Source: Clostridia bacterium (GTDB taxonomy: Bacteria > Bacillota > Clostridia > TANB77 > UBA1234). From it: DNA of 64,000 bases. The stretch spans positions 5,435-69,434 of the forward strand of contig JAFTQC010000049.1 in assembly GCA_017462965.1 (NCBI GenBank). Reading direction: 5' to 3'. Both the position numbers and the translations under genes were made by a program. This document shows positions 11,622-20,223 of the stretch, piece after piece; the first letter of the stretch is position 1; each line of letters starts with the position of its first letter. The notes under the pieces are model-generated. The model ran no database searches and was not told the origin of the DNA. It saw only the letters and a list, made by a program, of their open reading frames with translations.

Positions 11622-12008
11622 ATGAAAATGAAGAACTTTTTAAGAATAGTAATGTTTTTAATAATTGCTGCAGTAGTTGTTGTAACGATCATCTTTTTAA
11701 CAAATCAAAATGACATTTACAATGCTAGTGAACTTGATAATATATCAAGTGGTGATGTTGAAGATATCGATAATAACGGAGACATATTAGAAGAATTAGA
11801 TATGATTAGTGGAGATGCTGTATCAGGAGAAATTACAATTAGTGGCGATAATTCAGAAGTTACTGAGAATGAAAGTGGAGATCAAATGGAGATATCTGGT
11901 GATGAAAACGAAATTATCACAGAAATGACTTCTGGAGAAAGTGTTAGTGAAGTTTCAGGTGAAATTTCAGGAGATAATAGTGGTGAAATAAGTGAGCTTG
12001 TTGCTTAA
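11622..12008 (+). CDS. membrane-anchored acidic protein with ten S-G-[D/E] repeats
   Basis: N-terminal hydrophobic helix then low-complexity SGD/SGE repeats; AGGAGG RBS. Confidence 0.8.
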   Translation: MKMKNFLRIVMFLIIAAVVVVTIIFLTNQNDIYNASELDNISSGDVEDIDNNGDILEELDMISGDAVSGEITISGDNSEVTENESGDQMEISGDENEIITEMTSGESVSEVSGEISGDNSGEISELVA

Positions 12009-12032
12009 AAATAAAAATGGAGGTAAAGAGAA

Positions 12033-12686
12033 ATGAGATTAATTATTTTAGGAGCACCTGGTAGTGGAAAAGGATCACAATGTAAATGGATTACTAGAGA
12101 TTATGATGTTCCACATATATCAACGGGAGATATTTTAAGAAAAAATATATCTGAAGGAACTGTACTTGGACAAAAAGCTAAAAGTTATATAGATCAAGGA
12201 GCTTTAGTTCCAGATGAATTAGTTATAGATATATTAAAAGCAAGATTAAATGAGGAAGATTGCAAAGAAAAAGGATTTTTATTAGATGGTTTCCCAAGAA
12301 CAATTTCTCAAGCTGAGGCATTAGAAGAGTTTTTAGAAGATGCTGGTGTGAAAATTGACAAAGTTATCAATTTACATGTACCAGATGAGGAAATTATGGC
12401 TAGAGCTATAAATAGAAGAACATGTGAAAATTCAGAATGTAAAGAAATATACAACTTAAGAGATAATCCTCCAAAAGTAGAGGGGATTTGTGATAAATGT
12501 GGAAGCAACTTGTTCCAAAGAGCTGATGATAATGAAGAAACTGTAAAGAACAGACTAATGGTGTATCATAATCAAACAGAGCCATTGATAGAGTTTTATA
12601 CAAAGAAAAATTTACTTGCAACAATTATTGGTCAAGAAGATATAAATGATACAATAGCTTTAGTTAAAGCAGAACTTGCAAAATAG
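12033..12686 (+). CDS. adk: adenylate kinase
   Basis: GAPGSGKG, HISTGD, LDGFPRT, Cys lid. Confidence 0.98.
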   Translation: MRLIILGAPGSGKGSQCKWITRDYDVPHISTGDILRKNISEGTVLGQKAKSYIDQGALVPDELVIDILKARLNEEDCKEKGFLLDGFPRTISQAEALEEFLEDAGVKIDKVINLHVPDEEIMARAINRRTCENSECKEIYNLRDNPPKVEGICDKCGSNLFQRADDNEETVKNRLMVYHNQTEPLIEFYTKKNLLATIIGQEDINDTIALVKAELAK

Positions 12687-12706
12687 TTTGATTAAGAGGG
12701 ATAAAA

Positions 12707-13468
12707 ATGATTGATATAAAAACTGATCGAGAAATAGAAATAATGAGAGAAGTTTGTAAAATTGTCGCTATTGCGCATGAAGAAATAAAAAAGTCTTTAA
12801 AAGTAGGCATGACGACTAGAGAGATTGATGAAATTACAGAGAGAGTTTTTAAGGAACATGGAGCTAATCCATCATGTAAAGGATATCCACATGGTTCAAA
12901 AAATCCATTTCCTGCAGCTACATGTATTTCTGTAAATAATGAAGTCATTCATGGAATACCTGGAGAAAGAGTATTAAGAGATGGTGACTTGGTTAGTATT
13001 GATATAGTTGCAGACAAAAATGGATTTTATGGTGATGCAACTAGAAGCTATGTAGTAGGAAAAGGAACTCCTGAAGCATATGAAATAATAGAAGCTGCTG
13101 AAAAAAGCTTTTGGGCAGGTGTAAAAGCGGCTCAACCAGGAAATAGAATTTCTGATATATCGCATGCTATACAAGACAGCGCTGAAAAACGTGGTTATTC
13201 TGTGGTAAGGGAATTTCAAGGACATGGTATAGGAAAAGAAATGCATGAAGAACCTGGAATACCAAATTTTGGTAAACCAGGAAAAGGTCCGCGTATCATG
13301 CCAGGGATGACGCTAGCGATTGAACCTATGATTAACGAAGGTTCACCAGATATTGAGATACTTGATGATGGTTGGACAGTTGTAACGTATGATGGAAAAT
13401 TATCAGCTCATTATGAAAATACGGTATTTATAGGTAGAAATGGTCCAGAAGTATTAACAATTTTATAG
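12707..13468 (+). CDS. map: methionine aminopeptidase type I
   Basis: CISVNNEVIHGIP, GHGIG..MHEEP, SAHYE. Confidence 0.98.
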   Translation: MIDIKTDREIEIMREVCKIVAIAHEEIKKSLKVGMTTREIDEITERVFKEHGANPSCKGYPHGSKNPFPAATCISVNNEVIHGIPGERVLRDGDLVSIDIVADKNGFYGDATRSYVVGKGTPEAYEIIEAAEKSFWAGVKAAQPGNRISDISHAIQDSAEKRGYSVVREFQGHGIGKEMHEEPGIPNFGKPGKGPRIMPGMTLAIEPMINEGSPDIEILDDGWTVVTYDGKLSAHYENTVFIGRNGPEVLTIL

Positions 13469-13480
13469 AAATTTTAACAA

Positions 13481-13525
13481 AAGAAAGCATAATATAGAGT
13501 ATTCTATTAAATGCTTTCTTTTTTT
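13481..13525 (+). terminator. intrinsic terminator after map
   Basis: aagaaagcat...atgctttctt plus T-run. Confidence 0.65.
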
Positions 13526-13557
13526 ATAAAAAGAAGTATAATAAAAGCAAAAAAACG

Positions 13558-13586
13558 TTGACATATAGCCTGATTGGTTGTATACT
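13558..13586 (+). promoter_or_regulatory. sigma-A promoter for KOW-infA-rpmJ-alpha operon
   Basis: TTGACA-N17-TATACT. Confidence 0.8.
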
Positions 13587-13640
13587 TATTGAGTTAGAAA
13601 GTGGCTTTTTGCCAGTCTAAACAAGAAAGGGAAGAATAAG

Positions 13641-13913
13641 ATAAATTGCGGAATACAAGTTGGAAATATTGTAATCTCAACAATGGGACGAGATAGAGGC
13701 ATGTATTTTATAGTAATTGATTCAGATGATAAATATGTGTTCTTAGCTGATGGCTCTACTAGAAAAATAGAAAGAGTCAAGAAAAAGAAAATAAAACATA
13801 TAGAATTGACAGAATATCATTCTGATGTTATTGCCGAAAAGGTAAAAAACAAAAACAAAATATCAAATCAAGATTTAAAAAAAGCCTTAAAAGAAGTTCT
13901 GAAAAGTAGGTAG
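13641..13913 (+). CDS. KOW-domain (L14e-like) RNA-binding protein; start uncertain
   Basis: G-IQVGNIVISTMGRDRG..LADG..RKIE..KKK..KH; usual position between map and infA; homology extends upstream of ATG 13683. Confidence 0.85.
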   Translation: MNCGIQVGNIVISTMGRDRGMYFIVIDSDDKYVFLADGSTRKIERVKKKKIKHIELTEYHSDVIAEKVKNKNKISNQDLKKALKEVLKSR

Positions 13914-13922
13914 GAGGGAAAA

Positions 13923-14141
13923 ATGTCTAAAGAAGATATTATTGAAGTTGAAGGTACTGTTGTAGAAGCATTACCAAATACGGAATTTATAGTTGAACTT
14001 GAAAATGGACATAAATTACATGCTCATATTTCAGGGAAACTAAGAATGAATTTCATAAGAATACTACCAGGAGACAAAGTGAAATTGGAATTATCACCAT
14101 ATGATCTTAATCGTGGAAGAATTACTTGGAGGGCAAAATAA
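13923..14141 (+). CDS. infA: translation initiation factor IF-1
   Basis: [27 protein letters not shown]. Confidence 0.99.
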   Translation: MSKEDIIEVEGTVVEALPNTEFIVELENGHKLHAHISGKLRMNFIRILPGDKVKLELSPYDLNRGRITWRAK

Positions 14142-14229
14142 TAGTTTTGCGCGGCACTTTCTCTAAAAGAGAAAGTAAAAATATATATAATATTTTATTA
14201 AACTGGTTGTTTTTTAAGGAGGGAAAATA

Positions 14230-14343
14230 ATGAAAGTAAGACCATCAGCCAAAAAAATTTGCGACAAATGCAAAGTAATCAAAAGAAAAGGCGTAGTAAG
14301 AGTAATATGCGAAAACCCAAAGCATAAACAACGTCAAGGTTAG
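14230..14343 (+). CDS. rpmJ: 50S ribosomal protein L36 (not in ORF track)
   Basis: [37 protein letters not shown]; AAGGAGG RBS. Confidence 0.98.
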   Translation: MKVRPSAKKICDKCKVIKRKGVVRVICENPKHKQRQG

Positions 14344-14486
14344 GACAAAAAAATAGTTAGTAAATGTTAAAAGGGTGCGGCTGTCCGAAAGGATTCCTTT
14401 TAATATTTATATAGATCAACTGCTTACGTCACTAAGCAAGTAGGAAGGCAAAAGTAATGTAAAATTTATGGAGGTGTATTTTTTAA

Positions 14487-14858
14487 ATGGCTCGTATTGC
14501 AGGAGTTGACTTACCAAGAGAAAAAAGAGTTGAAATAGGCTTAACATATATCTATGGTATAGGAAGAACAAAATCAAACGAAATATTAAAAGAATCTGGT
14601 GTAAATCCAGATACAAGAGTTAAAGATTTAACTGAGGATGAAGTTATAAAAATAAGAGAAATTATTGATAAAAAAGGCTACAAAGTAGAGGGTGACTTAA
14701 GAAGAGAAACAGCATTAAACATTAAGAGATTAATGGAAATTGGTTGCTATAGAGGCTTAAGACATAGAAAAAATCTACCAGTAAGAGGACAAAGAACAAA
14801 AACAAATGCTAGAACAAGAAAAGGTCCAAGAAAACTAGTAGCTAATAAGAAGAAATAA
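14487..14858 (+). CDS. rpsM: 30S ribosomal protein S13
   Basis: [27 protein letters not shown]. Confidence 0.99.
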   Translation: MARIAGVDLPREKRVEIGLTYIYGIGRTKSNEILKESGVNPDTRVKDLTEDEVIKIREIIDKKGYKVEGDLRRETALNIKRLMEIGCYRGLRHRKNLPVRGQRTKTNARTRKGPRKLVANKKK

Positions 14859-14873
14859 GGAGGGTGAATTATA

Positions 14874-15275
14874 GTGGCTAAGGTACAAGCAAAAAAGAAT
14901 GTGACTAGAAAAAGAAGAGAGCGTAAAAATATTGAAAAAGGTCAAGCTCATATTCACTCTAGTTTCAATAATACAATAGTTACAATTACTGACGTACAAG
15001 GTAATACAATTTCTTGGGCAAGTTCTGGTGGACTTGGATTCAAAGGTTCAAGGAAAAGTACTCCATACGCATCACAATTAACTGCAGAAACAGCAGCTAA
15101 AGCAGCTATGGAACATGGTTTAAAAACAGTTGAAGTTTTTGTTAAAGGACCAGGAGCTGGTAGAGAAGCAGCAATTCGTGCTCTTCAAACAGCAGGACTT
15201 GAAATCAGTATGATTAAAGACGTAACTCCTATTCCACACAATGGTTGTAGACCACCAAAAAGAAGAAGAGTATAG
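14874..15275 (+). CDS. rpsK: 30S ribosomal protein S11
   Basis: [18 protein letters not shown]. Confidence 0.99.
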   Translation: MAKVQAKKNVTRKRRERKNIEKGQAHIHSSFNNTIVTITDVQGNTISWASSGGLGFKGSRKSTPYASQLTAETAAKAAMEHGLKTVEVFVKGPGAGREAAIRALQTAGLEISMIKDVTPIPHNGCRPPKRRRV

Positions 15276-15320
15276 TCGAAATTATTTTTGAAATTTAATT
15301 AAGAAAGGATGAATATATAA

Positions 15321-15950
15321 ATGGCAAGATATACAGGAGAGTCATGCCGTGTTTGCCGTAGAGAAGGCGAGAAATTGTTTCTTAAAGGTTCAAGATGTTA
15401 TACTGATAAATGTGCTATAACAAGAAGAGCATATGCACCAGGTCAACATGGACAAAAAAGAAAGAAACAATCAGAATATGGCACTCAATTAAGAGAAAAA
15501 CAAAAAGCAAAATCATTTTATGGTGTTTTGGAGTCTCAATTTAGAAAATATTTTGAAGAGGCTGCAAGATCAAAAGGAGTTACAGGTACAAGATTACTTC
15601 AAATTCTAGAAAGTAGATTAGATAATGTTGTATATAGATTAGGATTAGCTACATCAAGAGCACAAGCTAGACAATTAGTAAGACATGGTCATTTCGAAGT
15701 AAATGGAGTGAAAGTAAATATTCCATCATATTTAACAAAAGTTGGAGAAGTTGTTAAAGTTAGAGAATCAAGTGCAAATAGTGAAATATTTAAACAAATA
15801 ATTGAAGCAACAGAAAATGGTAGACCAGTTCCAACATGGTTAGAATCAGATCTATCAAATAAAACAGGAAAAATAGTAGCTCTTCCAGCAAGAGAAGAAA
15901 TAGACTTACCAGTTCAAGAGCATTTGATTGTTGAATTGTATTCTAAATAG
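15321..15950 (+). CDS. rpsD: 30S ribosomal protein S4
   Basis: [25 protein letters not shown]. Confidence 0.99.
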   Translation: MARYTGESCRVCRREGEKLFLKGSRCYTDKCAITRRAYAPGQHGQKRKKQSEYGTQLREKQKAKSFYGVLESQFRKYFEEAARSKGVTGTRLLQILESRLDNVVYRLGLATSRAQARQLVRHGHFEVNGVKVNIPSYLTKVGEVVKVRESSANSEIFKQIIEATENGRPVPTWLESDLSNKTGKIVALPAREEIDLPVQEHLIVELYSK

Positions 15951-15990
15951 AAATAATTAAAAAATAAAATTATATTTAGGAGGTTAAAGA

Positions 15991-16938
15991 ATGATTGAAT
16001 TCGAAAAGCCAAGAATCGAATGTTTAAAGTTGGATAATGATAACATGTATGCAAAATTTGTATGTGAACCTTTGGAAAGAGGTTATGGAATTACTCTTGG
16101 TAATTCACTTCGTAGAATTTTGTTATCATCATTACCAGGTGCGGCAATAACTAGTATAAAAGTTGATGGAATTCAACATGAATTTTCAACAATTCCAGGA
16201 ATAGTTGAAGATGTCGTAGAGATAATATTAAACTTAAAAAATGTAAGACTAAAGATATTTGATAACGAAGAGAAAAAATTAAGAATTGATGTTGATGAAG
16301 AGGGCGAAGTAACTGCTGGTTCTATAACAGGTGATGCAAATGTGGAAGTTTTAAATCCAGATTTACATATCTGTACAATTGCTGAAGGTGGTAGCTTACA
16401 TATGGAACTTACAGCAAACAGAGGTAGAGGTTATAATCCATCAGTGAAGAACAAAAACGCGGAACAACCAATCGGTGTTATTGCTATAGATTCTATTTAC
16501 ACTCCAGTTAAAAAAGTTAATTTTTATGTAGAGAATACAAGAGTAGGTCAAATTACTGACTTTGATAAATTGACAATAGAATTATGGACAGATGGAAGTT
16601 TGCTTCCAGATGAAGCGTTAAGTTTAGCTGCTAAAGTTATGAATGAACATTTAGCATTGTTTATCGATTTATCAGAAGCAACAAAGAATACAGAAATTAT
16701 GGTTGAAAAAGAAGAGTCTAAGAAAGAAAAAGTTCTTGAGACAACAATCGAAGAATTAGACTTGTCTGTAAGATCATACAACTGTTTAAAAAGAGCTGGA
16801 ATTATTAATGTTGAGGATTTAACAAATAAGACAGAAGAGGAAATGATGAAAGTTAGAAATTTAGGTAGAAAATCACTAGAGGAAGTAACTAATAAGTTAC
16901 ACTCATTAGGACTTGATTTTATGCCTAGTGAAGAATAA
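15991..16938 (+). CDS. rpoA: RNA polymerase alpha subunit
   Basis: [22 protein letters not shown]; [13 protein letters not shown]. Confidence 0.99.
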   Translation: MIEFEKPRIECLKLDNDNMYAKFVCEPLERGYGITLGNSLRRILLSSLPGAAITSIKVDGIQHEFSTIPGIVEDVVEIILNLKNVRLKIFDNEEKKLRIDVDEEGEVTAGSITGDANVEVLNPDLHICTIAEGGSLHMELTANRGRGYNPSVKNKNAEQPIGVIAIDSIYTPVKKVNFYVENTRVGQITDFDKLTIELWTDGSLLPDEALSLAAKVMNEHLALFIDLSEATKNTEIMVEKEESKKEKVLETTIEELDLSVRSYNCLKRAGIINVEDLTNKTEEEMMKVRNLGRKSLEEVTNKLHSLGLDFMPSEE

Positions 16939-16965
16939 ATGCGAAATAAGGAAGGGTGAAATAAA

Positions 16966-17487
16966 GTGGCAGAAATTAGAAAGTTGGGAAGAAAAACTGA
17001 TCATAGATTAGCGATGCTTAAAAACTTAACAACTAGCGTAATTTGGCATGGTCAAATTGAAACTACTGAAGCTAAGGCTAAAGAAGTTAAAAGTATAGTT
17101 GATAGCTTAATTTCTCTTGCTATAAAAGAAAAAGATAACTTTGAAATGGTTGAAGTAACAAAGAAAGTTGCCAAAGTAGAAGATGGCAAAAAAGTTACTG
17201 AAAAAGTTACTAGTAAAAATGGTAAAGAGTATTTAAAAGTTGTTAAAGAAGAAGTTAAAGAAGAAGTTAAAAAGGACAAACCTTCAAGACTTGCTGCAAG
17301 AAGAAAAATTATGGCTAATGTTAATAAAGTTAAAGATGCTGAAGGTAATAACGTTGATTTACCAGGAAAAATGCTTAACGAACTTGCTGAAAAATACGCT
17401 GAGAGAAAAGGCGGTTATACAAGAATAATTAAGCTTGGACAAAGAAGAGGAGATGCTGCAGAAGCAGTTATCTTACAATTAGTTTAA
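16966..17487 (+). CDS. rplQ: 50S ribosomal protein L17 with internal Lys/Glu/Val-rich insertion
   Basis: RKLGR..HR.AML.NL..I.TT..KAKE...GGYTRIIK..RRGDAA. Confidence 0.96.
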   Translation: MAEIRKLGRKTDHRLAMLKNLTTSVIWHGQIETTEAKAKEVKSIVDSLISLAIKEKDNFEMVEVTKKVAKVEDGKKVTEKVTSKNGKEYLKVVKEEVKEEVKKDKPSRLAARRKIMANVNKVKDAEGNNVDLPGKMLNELAEKYAERKGGYTRIIKLGQRRGDAAEAVILQLV

Positions 17488-17502
17488 TAAATAAGATATA
17501 TG

Positions 17503-17538
17503 AAAAGTACTAAAACTTCAGGTTTTAGTACTTTTTTT
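17503..17538 (+). terminator. intrinsic terminator of alpha operon
   Basis: aaaagtactaaaac-ttcag-gttttagtacttttttt. Confidence 0.85.
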
Positions 17539-17645
17539 ATAACTAATTTAAATATTCTACCACTTGATTATATTTTTTCATTAATATATAATTGTTTTAG
17601 GTATAAAGACGTTAAGAACATACTTTTGAAAGGAGTATATAACTT

Positions 17646-18119
17646 ATGAAAAGTACTGTTTCAGATATACATTCATTTCAAAAAGGTCAAATTGTAGATG
17701 GAATTATTGAAAAGATAAAGCCTTATGGAGCTTTTGTAAAAATATACAATAGTGATATTTCGGGAATAATTTATAAAGAGGATATATCAAAAATGTATAT
17801 AAATAATCCAGCAGATAGATTTAATATTGGAGATTCTGTTAGATTGTTAGTGAAAAGATATGATAGAAATACTGGTAGGCTTGTGCTTTCTAATGACCTT
17901 AATAATTTTTCTGAAATGATTTCTGGGTTAAATGTTAATGATGTTGTTGAGGGAATTGTACGTAATCAGTATAAAAGTGGTGTTTTTATAGAAATCAAGC
18001 AGGATCTAGTTGGTCTTGCTGATTATAAATATGGTCTTTCTTATGGAGATACTGTAAATGTAGCTATAAAGAATATAAATATGGGAGACCAAAAGATTAA
18101 ACTAGAAATTCTAGGTTAA
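17646..18119 (+). CDS. tandem S1 RNA-binding domain protein
   Basis: GQIVDG.IEKIKPYGAFV..G; second S1-like unit VVEGIV..GVFIEI. Confidence 0.8.
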   Translation: MKSTVSDIHSFQKGQIVDGIIEKIKPYGAFVKIYNSDISGIIYKEDISKMYINNPADRFNIGDSVRLLVKRYDRNTGRLVLSNDLNNFSEMISGLNVNDVVEGIVRNQYKSGVFIEIKQDLVGLADYKYGLSYGDTVNVAIKNINMGDQKIKLEILG

Positions 18120-18145
18120 TTTTATATATAAAGGGAGGAAAAGCA

Positions 18146-19090
18146 ATGATAGAAGATAGTGCTATTAAAGCTCCTAAATCGCCTTTTGCGATGAGGGAAA
18201 ATGAAATCAAGGTGTTTGATGGCAAAGATGGTTATGCATCAATTGATCAAGTTGTTTTTAAAATTGATATGGGATATATCAATGAATTACATTTTCAAAT
18301 ACTAGAAATTATTAATGATTTCGAATTTATAACGTCTAGACAGATTTATCAGATGTTAAATTACAAGGGGATTGAAGTAAAGTCTCAAGATAAACTAAAT
18401 AAAAAGCTTGAAGATATGATTAAAAGTAAGATTATAACAAGATATTATTTTTCTAGTGATGAAGGAAAAGGAATTTATAGAATTTATTGTCTAGACAAAA
18501 TAGGTAAATATCTTTTAAATTCTAGAGGTATAAAGACAACATGGCAACCAACAGATAATACTAAACCAGTATATATGTTAAAAAGAAGACTTGCTGGAAA
18601 TCAGGTTATTATAGCATATATGCAAAAAGTTGCTGCATATAAAGGTTTTACATTAAATCCAATGATGTATGCAAAGAGACAAAATACTAGATTTCAACCA
18701 TCTGGTGGTCAAGTTACAGTTGTAAAGGATGATATTAAAGTTGATTTCATTTTTGAAGTGGTAAGAAGAAATCCAGGTTGGGAAGAAAAGTTCATGGAAA
18801 AAATGAAATTATATGAGGAGTTTTATGCTAATTATCAAGCGAAAGATTGTGGATTTGATAAGAGACCACAATTAGTTTTAATAGCTGAAGATGATGAACA
18901 TCTTATTGAATTGTTTAAGAATGTTAAGAGAATAAATGTGGAGTTAAAAGGAATAGAGCTTTATTTCTCAACAGATTTAAGACAATTAGAAAGTGAAATA
19001 GATAAGACTATTATAGTGTTTAAGCAAGATCCTACAACAGGTAGATATAGTATGGAAATGGGACCAGTTTCATTTCTTGAAAGCAAATAA
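18146..19090 (+). CDS. Replic_Relax (replication-relaxation)-like protein, degenerate
   Basis: IL..I....FITSRQI..L...KL..M...II.R..RIYCL...G..LL winged-helix pattern, then P..FEV.R..K...Y..PQLVLI. Confidence 0.5.
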   Translation: MIEDSAIKAPKSPFAMRENEIKVFDGKDGYASIDQVVFKIDMGYINELHFQILEIINDFEFITSRQIYQMLNYKGIEVKSQDKLNKKLEDMIKSKIITRYYFSSDEGKGIYRIYCLDKIGKYLLNSRGIKTTWQPTDNTKPVYMLKRRLAGNQVIIAYMQKVAAYKGFTLNPMMYAKRQNTRFQPSGGQVTVVKDDIKVDFIFEVVRRNPGWEEKFMEKMKLYEEFYANYQAKDCGFDKRPQLVLIAEDDEHLIELFKNVKRINVELKGIELYFSTDLRQLESEIDKTIIVFKQDPTTGRYSMEMGPVSFLESK

Positions 19091-19179
19091 TTAAAAGAAA
19101 GAGAGGTTGCTTAGTTGTAACCTCTTTTTTATGGCGTTAATGTGTTGTTTTATAATGATTAATTTATGAGGAGGTTTTT

Positions 19180-20187
19180 ATGAAAGTTTTATTAACAGGT
19201 GGTGCTGGATATATTGGCTCACATACAGCTGTTGAATTAGTAGAAGCTGGATATGATATTGTAATTGGTGATAATTTTTCTAATAGTAAGCGTGATGTGA
19301 TTGACAGATTAAAGAAAATTACAAAAAAAGAAATTAAATTTTATGAGATTGATTTTACAGATTATGAAGCCGTGGATAAGTTATTTGAAGAAGAAAAATT
19401 TGATGCAGTTATTCATTTCGCAGGTTTGAAAGCAGTTGGTGAATCTTGTTCTATTCCGCTAGACTATTATCAAAACAATATAGATAGTACTTTAGTTTTG
19501 TTAAAGGCTATGAAAAAATATGAAGTTGAAAATATTGTTTTCAGTTCTTCAGCAACAGTATATGGAATTCCTAAAGAAGTACCACTGAAAGAAAATATGC
19601 CAACTTTTTGCACGAATCCATATGGTTGGACTAAATATATGAATGAACAAATTTTGAAGGATGTAGCTAAGGCTAATCCAAAGATGTCGGTTGTTTTATT
19701 AAGATATTTTAATCCAATTGGTGCACATGAAAGCGGACTTATAGGTGAGGATCCAAATGGAATTCCAAACAATTTAATGCCATATATAACACAAGTTGCT
19801 ACAAAGAAATTACCTCTTTTAAGTGTCTTTGGAAATGATTATCCTACAAAAGATGGAACAGGGGTAAGAGATTATATACACGTTGTTGATTTGGCGAAAG
19901 GACATGTTAAAGCAATTGAATTTTCTTTCAAAAATAGGGGGACAGAAGTTTTTAATTTGGGTACTGGAAAAGGTTATAGTGTGTTAGATATTGTTAAGGC
20001 TTTTGAAACAGCAAATGAAGTTGAGGTTCCTTATGTAATTGCAGAGAGAAGAGATGGTGATGTTGCAGAATGTTATGCTGATCCATCTAAAGCTGAACAA
20101 TTGTTAAAATGGCATGCGGAAAGAGATTTGGTTCAAATGTGTAAAGATTCTTGGAATTGGCAACAAAATTGTACAAATAATTTTTAA
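19180..20187 (+). CDS. galE: UDP-glucose 4-epimerase
   Basis: TGGAGYIGSH, YGWTK, LRYFNP, GVRDYIHV. Confidence 0.97.
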   Translation: MKVLLTGGAGYIGSHTAVELVEAGYDIVIGDNFSNSKRDVIDRLKKITKKEIKFYEIDFTDYEAVDKLFEEEKFDAVIHFAGLKAVGESCSIPLDYYQNNIDSTLVLLKAMKKYEVENIVFSSSATVYGIPKEVPLKENMPTFCTNPYGWTKYMNEQILKDVAKANPKMSVVLLRYFNPIGAHESGLIGEDPNGIPNNLMPYITQVATKKLPLLSVFGNDYPTKDGTGVRDYIHVVDLAKGHVKAIEFSFKNRGTEVFNLGTGKGYSVLDIVKAFETANEVEVPYVIAERRDGDVAECYADPSKAEQLLKWHAERDLVQMCKDSWNWQQNCTNNF

Positions 20188-20190
20188 AAA

Positions 20191-20223
20191 AGAAAAGCTT
20201 GTGCGTGATGCACAAGCTTTTTT
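20191..20223. terminator. bidirectional terminator
   Basis: aaaagcttgtgc-gtgat-gcacaagctttt between convergent genes. Confidence 0.8.

Noticed and set aside
15044-15065. AGG-A as a frameshift trigger
   Set aside because: rpsK reads GSRKSTP through an in-frame AGG-AAA without a break, so only CGG is implicated.
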